IMG/VR virus record: IMGVR_UViG_3300045988_182880
Location: 1-64,000 of that record
Strand: one strand, 5' to 3'
DNA from: a virus
Length of the DNA stretch: 64,000 nucleotides
Part shown: in pieces, positions 57,111 to 64,000 of the stretch
Layout of the letters: the number at the start of each line of letters is the position of its first letter
Position numbering within the stretch: the first letter of the stretch is position 1
The notes under the pieces: model-generated
What the model saw: the letters and a program-made list of their open reading frames with translations, nothing else
The model's database searches: none
What the model was told of the DNA's origin: nothing
Program-made: the position numbers and the translations under genes

Positions 57111-57186
57111 GGAGGGATAGCTTAGCTGGATAAAGCACCTGCCGCAAAGCAGGGTATCGATGGTTCGAGGCCATCTCCCTTCTCCA
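57111..57186 (+). tRNA. tRNA-like with non-canonical anticodon arm (5-bp stem + 6-nt loop CGCAAA, or 4-bp + 8-nt loop)
   Basis: Acceptor, D and T arms and CCA are canonical. The anticodon arm is 16 nt rather than 17. Confidence 0.35.
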
Positions 57187-57546
57187 TCCAGACACCCTTT
57201 CGCTTCCTTTCGCCAAAGGTATCTGGGGTATTGTACTGCATTGCGTGTAGTACGGCCAATCAGGCGCAGAACTCCGAAACCATACCACGAAGAATTTTAT
57301 CCTCTCCGCGCAGCATGGACATGCGATTTTACGGGGATAAATTCAAACCGAAATTGTGTCGAGTGGCGAAGACGGTTGCGGCACTGGCGAAGCACATATC
57401 TGCTTCGTCAACCATCTATGAGAAAGCCTCCACGTGGCAGATGGTGGGCAACGCAGCAATACTGCGGCTGATTTCTCTCCGAATCGGTATCTGAATAAAT
57501 GCAGATAAATAGACGAAAAAATCAAAAAAGCAAAGGAGTACACAGC

Positions 57547-58680
57547 ATGAGTAATCAGAAAATCATCAAAGCAATCGCAGGGATTGCAGCAGCCGGTATG
57601 ATGGCAACTTGTCTGCCTGTCGCAGCATTCGCAGCCACCGGTGACACCTATCATTTCTCTTTCAGCAACGGCTCTTCCCAGGACCTGGCTCCGGGCGGCT
57701 CTATGACGTTCCCGGCAAGCCAGTATGACTACGGCTACTGGATTACCCTGCAGGGCCATGGCGGTTACACCTACAACTACTATCCCGGCGACACTCTGCC
57801 GTACGATGCAGTTGACCAGTGGTTCACCGCTGACGGCATCACTTCCTGCTATGCGGCCGAAGGTAATCCGCGTTCCATCACCATCAACTATCAGATTGAT
57901 GGCAACACGGTGCTGACCGAGACTGATACCGCTACTTTCCCCGGCAATGTTGACGGTCAGAGTGTTGAAGCCTGGACCACCGATTCCGGTGATACTTACA
58001 CCGCATCCAGCAAGAGCCTGAACCACGACCGCCTGTTCTACTACCTGGGCGACGACATCCACGACAATGTCCTGACCCTGAAAGCCACTTCTGCATCCAC
58101 TCCCGATGATGGCAAGGATGACAACAAGGGCGATGACAAGGGTGATGTTACCAACCCCGACGATAAGGGCGACAACAAGGGCGACAATACCGGCGACAGC
58201 GGCACCACCACTCCTGATGACAAAGGTGACGTTGTGACCCCCGACAAGGACAACACCGGTAAGGACAACACTTCTACCGGCTCCAACAAGGGCAACGGTA
58301 CTACCACCACTACTCCGACCGCTCCTCGCAAGAACGTTGAAGTCTCTGAACACGGTGAAATTGCCGCCGCTATTGCCAATGGCACCTGGGGCAATGAGTA
58401 CACCGTCTGCACCAGCTGTGGCTATCACAACTGGACCCGCAAGGGTAACGTTTACGTCTGTGACCATTGTGGTCACGAAGTCCTGACTGTCAAGGGCGCT
58501 GATGGCGTCAAGGGTTATGCTGGCACTCTGGCTGGCAATGAACCCCAGTACGCTTCTACCTCTGAAGCTCAGGCTGCTGCCGAAAAGCGTGAAGCCGCTT
58601 ATGCTGCTTCTATCGCTGCTCTGCAGGCACAGGTTGCCGCTCGTGAAGCTGCTTATGCCGCTTCCCTGGGCATCCACTAA
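57547..58680 (+). CDS. Secreted/cell-surface protein with KGD-rich low-complexity region and C-terminal CxxC...CxxC zinc-ribbon-like segment
   Basis: The signal peptide is MSNQKIIKAIAGIAAAGMMATCLPVAAFAAT. The KGDDKGD repeats are present. The zinc-ribbon segment is CTSCGYHNW...CDHCGHEV. Confidence 0.5.
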   Translation: MSNQKIIKAIAGIAAAGMMATCLPVAAFAATGDTYHFSFSNGSSQDLAPGGSMTFPASQYDYGYWITLQGHGGYTYNYYPGDTLPYDAVDQWFTADGITSCYAAEGNPRSITINYQIDGNTVLTETDTATFPGNVDGQSVEAWTTDSGDTYTASSKSLNHDRLFYYLGDDIHDNVLTLKATSASTPDDGKDDNKGDDKGDVTNPDDKGDNKGDNTGDSGTTTPDDKGDVVTPDKDNTGKDNTSTGSNKGNGTTTTTPTAPRKNVEVSEHGEIAAAIANGTWGNEYTVCTSCGYHNWTRKGNVYVCDHCGHEVLTVKGADGVKGYAGTLAGNEPQYASTSEAQAAAEKREAAYAASIAALQAQVAAREAAYAASLGIH

Positions 58681-58760
58681 TTTGCCATCCTCTGACGGTA
58701 ATCGATAGTTTTTTCTCCTTGGAATGGGGCGAGGTTTTGGCCTCGCCTCATTTCTTTTGT

Positions 58761-58849
58761 GGTCAGGTGCCCGAATGGTTTAAGGAACTGGTCTTGAAAA
58801 CCAGCGACGCTAAAAACGTCCGTGGGTTCGAATCCCACTCTGACCGCCA
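58761..58849 (+). tRNA. tRNA-Ser (anticodon UGA), class II
   Basis: Long variable arm. The loop is CTTGAAA and CCA is encoded. Confidence 0.8.
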
Positions 58850-58962
58850 GATTTTGCCGGGGCTTCCCGGCTTTTTGTTTTTGTGAGTAACACAAGAAAA
58901 TGAGTTGCTGTATCGAATAGAGCAAAGTATACTAAGGAAAAAGCAGATTGAGAGGAAACGCC

Positions 58963-59667
58963 ATGACAAAACAGTCTGACATCGAAATGGTTGCCAAAGC
59001 CAGAGCTTGGGCTATTAAGGCTCATGCTGGGCAAAAGGACAAAGCGGGAAAGGACTATTTCCAAGCACACGTTGCGGTCGTGGCGGAGGGAGTAAAAGGA
59101 GACCCTGTGGCCGAAGCGGTGGCGTTTCTGCATGATACAATCGAGGATACAACAGTCACCATAGCAGATATCAGAACGGGGTTCCCAAAAGAAGTCGCTG
59201 ATGCTGTAAAAACACTGACCCATAGCAAAGGTGTGCCGTATGCCGAGTATCTTTGGTATATCCAGCAAAATCCTATTGCCGTCAAAGTTAAACTCTCAGA
59301 CCTGCGCAGCAACATGGATTTGACCAGGCTCCCTCACGCTCCAACTGAAAAGGACTTGGAAAGAACCAGAAAATACAAGCGGGCATATACGATTCTATCG
59401 TCGGCGAATGGTGTAAACGCTATCAATCCGTATGCGCTGTACGACTACTTGCTGGCAAGAAACTGGAGTGTTGATAGGAAAAGCACAAGGACACCCGTTC
59501 TGGAAGCGACAGATGGCTCTACTGAAATCACGGTGCCCATCGACCTGGCTTGGGCTGACTATGAGTCCAGGATGGAAGATGCTTTAGGCGCGTTGTGCTC
59601 GTATGAGGGCGTACCACTTTCGGATGCAATAGCGCGGATTGTGGCTTGGAAGCCAGACAAACAATAA
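58963..59667 (+). CDS. HD-domain (RelA/SpoT-type (p)ppGpp hydrolase-like, small alarmone hydrolase-like) protein
   Basis: AIKAHAGQKDKAGKDYFQAHVAVVA...AVAFLHDTIEDT matches the RelA/SpoT HD hydrolase motifs. Confidence 0.55.
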   Translation: MTKQSDIEMVAKARAWAIKAHAGQKDKAGKDYFQAHVAVVAEGVKGDPVAEAVAFLHDTIEDTTVTIADIRTGFPKEVADAVKTLTHSKGVPYAEYLWYIQQNPIAVKVKLSDLRSNMDLTRLPHAPTEKDLERTRKYKRAYTILSSANGVNAINPYALYDYLLARNWSVDRKSTRTPVLEATDGSTEITVPIDLAWADYESRMEDALGALCSYEGVPLSDAIARIVAWKPDKQ

Positions 59668-59696
59668 GCATGGGCCTGCTATTATTTTTATGAAAA

Positions 59697-59726
59697 GCCT
59701 TGACTTTGCCTTTTACACATTGTATA
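59697..59726 (+). promoter_or_regulatory. Strong sigma-70 promoter TTGACT-17-TATAAT
   Basis: ttgactttgccttttacacattgtataat. This is a near-consensus match. Confidence 0.5.
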
Positions 59727-59763
59727 ATTAAGACACTGAATTTGATGAAAGGAAAAACGCACG

Positions 59764-59883
59764 ATGTTTGCTGCTATGATGAACAAACAGAATAAGTTGC
59801 AAGAGCTGTGGAGCAATTCGAATCTCTTCGGCTGTTTTGTGTTGTCTGTTTGTGCAAATCATAGTGCAATGATGGTTGAATAA
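59764..59883 (+). CDS. Small ORF (39 aa, MFAAMMNKQNKLQELWSNSNLFGCFVLSVCANHSAMMVE) with own promoter and terminator
   Basis: The terminator GCACCTGTCAGACGCACAACGCCTGATGGGTGCTTTTTT follows. Confidence 0.25.
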   Translation: MFAAMMNKQNKLQELWSNSNLFGCFVLSVCANHSAMMVE

Positions 59884-60147
59884 AATCATCCAAGTATCGG
59901 TTGTTTTCCATACTCTGCACGATATGAGCACCTGTCAGACGCACAACGCCTGATGGGTGCTTTTTTGTTGCAGAAAATCAGAATCAGGTCATTCTAATGC
60001 CGCTGTAGTAAATTCCAGCCAGGTTTATTAAAGTGTTTCGTGTTATACAAGTTGTATAGTGCGACCAATGCTCACTTTCATGCGCATCGGAAGTGAGCTT
60101 CCTCAAAACCGTGCTCCCATAAGCAAGGCACGGCAGATGCGCAACAA

Positions 60148-60223
60148 GTGCTCGTAACTCAACTGGTAGAGTAATCGACTTTTAATCGATAAGTTCGGGA
60201 TTCGATTTCCCGCGAGCGCACCA
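60148..60223 (+). tRNA. tRNA-Lys (anticodon UUU)
   Basis: Canonical cloverleaf. The loop is CTTTTAA and CCA is encoded. Confidence 0.85.
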
Positions 60224-60253
60224 TGCCCGGCAGAGTATCATCTGCCACTTTTG

Positions 60254-60329
60254 TGGGTGCATAGCTCAGTTGGCAGAGCAGCGGACCGTTAATCCGTTTG
60301 TCGCAGGTTCAAATCCTGCTATGCCCGCC
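60254..60329 (+). tRNA. tRNA-Asn (anticodon GUU) with C33 (loop CCGTTAA)
   Basis: The cloverleaf resembles E. coli tRNA-Asn except for U33C. The acceptor has one mismatch. Confidence 0.65.
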
Positions 60330-60332
60330 ACA

Positions 60333-60410
60333 TGCTCCTCTGGTGGAATCGGCAGACACAGTGCGCTCAAACCGCACTTATTTGAGGGTTCAAGTCCCTC
60401 GGGGAGTACC
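60333..60410 (+). tRNA. tRNA-like, anticodon CAA (Leu-type) but short variable arm (class I)
   Basis: Acceptor gctcctc/ggggagt, T-loop TTCAAGT, 6-bp anticodon stem, and CCA encoded. It is a paralogue of the element at 60520. Confidence 0.35.
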
Positions 60411-60440
60411 ATGTCCGGCAGTACAACAACTGCCACTTGT

Positions 60441-60516
60441 GGGTTGTTAGCTCAGCTGGCAGAGCAACGGACCGTTAATTCGTAGGCCGCAGGTTCAACC
60501 CCTGCACAACCCGCCA
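60441..60516 (+). tRNA. tRNA-Asn (anticodon GUU) with C33 (loop CCGTTAA), perfect acceptor stem
   Basis: Canonical cloverleaf with CCA encoded. Confidence 0.75.
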
Positions 60517-60519
60517 TAT

Positions 60520-60594
60520 GCTCCAGTGGCGAAGCTGGCAAACGCAGCGGATTTAAGTCCCGCTTATTTCTGAGTTCGACTCTCAGCTGGAGCA
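60520..60594 (+). tRNA. tRNA-like, anticodon UAA (Leu-type) with short variable arm; no encoded CCA
   Basis: The acceptor gctccag/ctggagc is perfect. The T-loop is TTCGACT. Confidence 0.35.
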
Positions 60595-60602
60595 TTAAAT
60601 AT

Positions 60603-60675
60603 AGGGGTGTAGCTCAAGTGGTAGAGCAGCGGTCTCCAAAACCGCGTGTTGCATGTTCGAGTCGCGTCGCCCCTC
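60603..60675 (+). tRNA. tRNA-Trp (anticodon CCA)
   Basis: AGGGGTGTAGCTCAAGTGGTAGAGCAGCGGTCTCCAAAACCGC matches the bacterial tRNA-Trp pattern. A terminator hairpin follows at 60687-60725. Confidence 0.7.
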
Positions 60676-60827
60676 CTGCCACAACAAGAAAAGCCGTCCT
60701 CGCAAAAGAGGCGGCTTTTTGTTTTGAATAGTATACAGACTAAAAAAACTAAACCACAAGTTGATTGCAGATTCACAAAAACATGGTATAATAATATCAG
60801 AACGAAACGAAAGGAGATACCCCAAAA

Positions 60828-60967
60828 TGCTGTGCAACACTGTTAATGTCATGTCGTATGAGTATAGTTACGAATATTCTGAGTTCATGTCCTTTGAACG
60901 CAGTTTTATTTCTCATACTCCTCGACAGGCAAAAACAGACCATGTACAGATGCGGTGCGTCTTCTAA
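60828..60967 (+). CDS. Small ORF (46 aa, MLCNTVNVMSYEYSYEYSEFMSFERSF...) with RBS and terminator
   Basis: AAAGGAG RBS. The terminator GGCAGGCAGCTTTTTTGTTGCC follows. Confidence 0.25.
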
Positions 60968-61051
60968 GCGATAACTGCATGTCATAGCTGCTTGTCGAGA
61001 TTTCGGCAGGCAGCTTTTTTGTTGCCTGCAATACAGAAAGGCAGCAAGAAA

Positions 61052-61273
61052 ATGAACGTTCCTACTATCGATATTCAGAAAACCGGTGCCAACATTAAGA
61101 CGCTGCGAAAAGCAGCAGGTATCAAGGTGAAAGATGTGGCAGATACACTCGGCGTATCCACGCAGGCAGTTGCCAAATGGCAAGCTGGAACCGCGCTTCC
61201 AACCATTGATAACCTTGTGATATTGGCAGCGATGCTGGATACCAAGATAGATGACATCTTAGTCATCGCATAA
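61052..61273 (+). CDS. XRE-family (Cro/CI-type) HTH transcriptional regulator
   Basis: IKTLRKAAGIKVKDVADTLGVSTQAVAKWQAG is the classic XRE HTH. Confidence 0.6.
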   Translation: MNVPTIDIQKTGANIKTLRKAAGIKVKDVADTLGVSTQAVAKWQAGTALPTIDNLVILAAMLDTKIDDILVIA

Positions 61274-61300
61274 TCCCCGCCGCATGATGCGGCATCATAT

Positions 61301-61377
61301 GGCCTGCTCGACGAATTGGTCAAGTCGTCAGTTTCTCAAACTGAAGGTTGTGGGTTCGACTCCCGCGCAGGTCACCA
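61301..61377 (+). tRNA. tRNA-Glu (anticodon CUC)
   Basis: Cloverleaf with acceptor ggcctgc/gcaggtc and loop TTCTCAA. CCA is encoded. Confidence 0.6.
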
Positions 61378-61380
61378 TGT

Positions 61381-61456
61381 GCTTCTGTAGCTCAGCTGGT
61401 AGAGCAGTGGTCTGAAGAACCGCGTGCCGTTGGTTCGATTCCAACCGGAAGCACCA
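61381..61456 (+). tRNA. tRNA-Phe (anticodon GAA)
   Basis: Canonical cloverleaf with loop CTGAAGA. CCA is encoded. Confidence 0.9.
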
Positions 61457-61459
61457 CAT

Positions 61460-61544
61460 GTGTCGGTATGCAAGAGGTTAAAGCAGGCAGTCTGTAAAAC
61501 TGTTCCGTTACGGTTCGCTGGTTCGAATCCAGTCCGACACACCA
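61460..61544 (+). tRNA. tRNA-Tyr (anticodon GUA), class II
   Basis: The loop is CTGTAAA. A long variable arm is present and CCA is encoded. Confidence 0.8.
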
Positions 61545-61548
61545 ATAT

Positions 61549-61622
61549 GGCCCCTTCGACAAATTGGTCCAAGTCACCACGCTTTCACCGTGGAGTTAGC
61601 AGTTCGAGTCTGCTAGGGGTCA
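61549..61622 (+). tRNA. tRNA-Glu (anticodon UUC), no encoded CCA
   Basis: The loop is CTTTCAC. The D-arm is similar to the tRNA at 61301. Confidence 0.75.
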
Positions 61623-61654
61623 CTACGTCGCACCTACGTTAAAAGGTGCATTAT

Positions 61655-61744
61655 GCAGAGGTCGCCTAACGGTAGGGCAGCAGCTTGCTAAGCTGCCGTC
61701 GCGGAAATCGCGGCATGTGAGTTCGAATCTCACCCTCTGCGCCA
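61655..61744 (+). tRNA. tRNA-Ser (anticodon GCU), class II
   Basis: The loop is TTGCTAA. A long variable arm is present and CCA is encoded. Confidence 0.85.
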
Positions 61745-61747
61745 TCT

Positions 61748-61832
61748 GCTTGCTTGTCCGAGAGGTTAATGGAATCGGTCCAGAAAACCGACGATGGGAA
61801 ACTGTCCGAAGGTTCGAATCCTTCAGCAAGCG
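61748..61832 (+). tRNA. Class II tRNA-Ser-like with unusual anticodon loop CCAGAAA (C33, A34; anticodon AGA?)
   Basis: The acceptor gcttgct/agcaagc is perfect. A long variable arm is present. The terminator at 61838-61880 follows. Confidence 0.5.
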
Positions 61833-62194
61833 TCACTGCCCTCATTCTGTGCGGTATCCGTGCAGGTGAGGGCTTTTTCTTTTGCTTTTCGCTTCGAATT
61901 TCGGACCCGAATGGCGTTAATGGTCGGGTATTCCTGATTGTACATGCCCTTGCTATATGGCAAATAGCTCCAAACGGTATTGGTTTTCATGCCCATTTCT
62001 TCTGCAATTTCCGGAACCGACATACCGTTCGAACGCATCTTTCCGATTTTTTCTGATGTTTCATCTGACCAGGCCCCGGCCGTAATCAATATTTTGCGCA
62101 CTTTCTGCAATGAGATGCCTGCACGTTTGGCAATGGTTCTTCTAGGTATACCTTGCTCATGGAGACGGAGAACCGTCTGCATTGTCACGTCCAT
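61823..62194 (-). CDS. HTH-domain protein (resolvase/sigma-70 region-4-like modules)
   Basis: RRTIAKRAGISLQKVRKIL and MSVPEIAEEMGMKTNTVWSYL HTH modules. The 3' end overlaps the tRNA, so the true stop may be earlier. Confidence 0.4.
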   Translation of the reverse strand: MDVTMQTVLRLHEQGIPRRTIAKRAGISLQKVRKILITAGAWSDETSEKIGKMRSNGMSVPEIAEEMGMKTNTVWSYLPYSKGMYNQEYPTINAIRVRNSKRKAKEKALTCTDTAQNEGSDAC

Positions 62195-62632
62195 TTTGAT
62201 TGTACCTCGCCGTTATCGTTCCTTGTATCACTCTAATTGTTGTACTTTTATCATACAGCAAAACAATGAAACTGTCCAGGAACCAAAAGCATCTTCATTT
62301 ATCACTGATTTATCTGTTCGGAACGATATCGAAAATACCTTGATATTATTCCGATGCAATATTCCGATAAGCCGACTTTGTTCCGCAAATTGTGGATTGG
62401 ATTCCTACCAAAGTTTGAAAGCATGAATGTTTCATCTATAGCTGCAAGGCTTTGGTGAGGAAGTTCACGGAATCAGTCCGTAAATCTAACGGCAGGATAC
62501 TGCTCAGAGGTACAAATCCTTCAGCAAACGTCACAATCTCCAAAGTCAGCGGTTGTTCGTAAATTTATGGGGGACTGCTTTCTTGTTTAGCACCACAATT
62601 TGTGATATAATAGCGAAAGAAAACAATGAATA

Positions 62633-62884
62633 ATGGAGTGCCATAAAATGCAGAAATACGATTTCATCAAGAAGCAATATACGCCGTACACCCCACCTCA
62701 GAACGGGCATTGCGACATCATGGTTCATGCCAACGAAGAACTCAATTGTGCTGCGTGCGGACGTACCATCAACAAGCACAACGCATATACGTCTGCGGCC
62801 ATCCAGAACGATATTGGCATTGGCTATCTGATTTGCAAAAGCTGCTATGAGCACGAGCTCGAAATCAGAAAAGCTGTAAAATAA
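62633..62884 (+). CDS. Small zinc-ribbon protein (CxxC...CxxC)
   Basis: C-AACGRTINKHN...CKSCYEHE. The terminator GGTCCAGCCGCTTCC...GGCGGCTTTTTTG follows. Confidence 0.4.
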   Translation: MECHKMQKYDFIKKQYTPYTPPQNGHCDIMVHANEELNCAACGRTINKHNAYTSAAIQNDIGIGYLICKSCYEHELEIRKAVK

Positions 62885-63024
62885 GGGTCCAGCCGCTTCC
62901 ATAAGGAGGCGGCTTTTTTGTTTGCAAAAATATGTATAAACTGTTACCATTTGATGCTTTCCGTTGTGAGAAATTGCGAATCGCGGTATAATGAAAGGGT
63001 AAAAAGTGAAAGGAATTTTGCCGT

Positions 63025-63714
63025 ATGTACATTGATTTCACGAGCAAGCAGTACTTCTTCATTCTGCACGCTCTTGCTGTTATGATAACGTTTTACAACA
63101 ACGATTTTTCCTCTATCTGCAAGGAAGTTGGAGAAGCCTATGGTGCAAGCGAGGAGAACATTGCAAGTGCTTGTGCTATGCTGACGGCTGTGAACGTAAC
63201 GGCACCTATCAAAAGCTTATCTGATAAGTGCAGCGACATTCTGGAAGACGTGCTGCATCATGCGCGGGAGCTGCCCGAAAAGGATGCTCCGTATAAATAC
63301 AGGATTGGCTTAGATGCTTCTTCTTGGAAAGTCGTTGCCGATGCCCTGGATACATACTCTCGGATTTTGATGGGGCAGTTTGGTATCATCTTCGAGTCTT
63401 TGGACATCGCAGCCAACTACGACTACGGGAAGCTCCGCCTGCTTCGACTGCAGGCTTACCATGATGCACGCTGGAATGGAGTAGGAGTCATCGAAGCTCG
63501 TGACCTTCTGATTCCGCAGCTTAAAAAGATGGGCATTGGCTGGAACGGGAACTTTGGCATTTCAAATTCTGAGCTTGCCTACAACAGCAAGCTGGCATAC
63601 GAAATTCTTAAAGCTATTCGATATGTGACAGAGAGCCGAGATAGTTCCGTTCTGAAAGTCACCGACGAACCGCTGCCGCATGTCGAGGGCTCTTTCCAAA
63701 TCAAAGCACTGTGA
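63025..63714 (+). CDS. Hypothetical protein
   Basis: Long ORF. Confidence 0.4.
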   Translation: MYIDFTSKQYFFILHALAVMITFYNNDFSSICKEVGEAYGASEENIASACAMLTAVNVTAPIKSLSDKCSDILEDVLHHARELPEKDAPYKYRIGLDASSWKVVADALDTYSRILMGQFGIIFESLDIAANYDYGKLRLLRLQAYHDARWNGVGVIEARDLLIPQLKKMGIGWNGNFGISNSELAYNSKLAYEILKAIRYVTESRDSSVLKVTDEPLPHVEGSFQIKAL

Positions 63715-64000
63715 ACGAGATTGGAGGTTTTCCGGGGTGGGCGACCACATCATTTCTTTCTTAGATATCTGCGCAATGCGCGGTCAGCTGGTTTTGGCAA
63801 AGGCACCGTCCATCCCGGCTATCAATAACAAAACTGTGTATTGTACCGGAGCTCACAAGCGCGGGGAGGACCGCTGCATCGTCCTCAACGGCGAGGAGTA
63901 CAGCCAGATTCTCTTTGTTGACGGGACAATAAAATTGTGTTGGCAGTGAGGTAAAGCCATGGACAATATCATCGTGAACAGTGCTCTCTGGTATGCCGAG

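Noticed and set aside
55684-61832. Alternative genetic code or stop-codon suppressor tRNAs (as in some large phages)
   Set aside because: All long ORFs in the window read through in the standard code. No tRNA with a CUA, UCA or UUA anticodon could be registered unambiguously.

Overview
This 64 kb window is accessory DNA from a low-GC-skew Firmicutes-like genome. It is dense with mobile and defence-type genes and has three parts.

(1) 0-16 kb:
- a metallophosphoesterase and a HipA-like kinase;
- an unusual N6-adenine methyltransferase split into an N-terminal-half gene and an NPPY-half gene, followed by a T5orf172-SNF2 helicase whose C-terminus carries a second, paralogous methyltransferase N-half;
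- two TnpB-only IS200/IS605-type elements flanking a lipoprotein gene and a two-gene module encoding a predicted R-S-E mono-ADP-ribosyltransferase fused to an HD phosphohydrolase.

(2) about 16-55 kb: a phage- or conjugative-element-like region organised by at least 11 sigma-70-type promoters. All share a conserved spacer box (core GTGCGAA, consensus cTGTGCGAATTGCAg) between -35 and -10. It encodes:
- a flotillin, membrane protein and vWA trio, a frameshifted P4/VirE-type primase, and an IscB-like RRXRR/HNH nuclease with a mutated RuvC-I and a structured upstream omega-RNA candidate;
- a tightly packed operon of SF2 helicase (with RNase H1-like hybrid-binding repeats), a hypothetical protein, a NADAR ADP-ribosyl hydrolase, and Cas5, Cas8c and Cas7, with no cas3, cas1, cas2 or cas4 and no CRISPR array in the window;
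- a UvrD-like helicase, an inserted IS605 (tnpA plus tnpB), a ParB-like protein and a frameshifted ComEC-like MBL protein;
- a radical-SAM/SPASM enzyme, an ATP-grasp enzyme and small ORFs, three consecutive genes encoding 12 tandem HTH modules, and an AAA+ ATPase paired with a PD-(D/E)xK nuclease.

(3) 55.6-61.9 kb: a cluster of about 17 tRNA and tRNA-like genes, several with non-canonical anticodon loops (C33, 6/8-nt loops, class-I tRNAs with Leu anticodons). Interspersed are small genes: a small-alarmone-hydrolase-like HD protein, an XRE regulator and secreted or small proteins.

The most novel candidate is the NADAR-Cas5-Cas8c-Cas7 Cas3-less Cascade operon, with its helicase, embedded in the mobile element.
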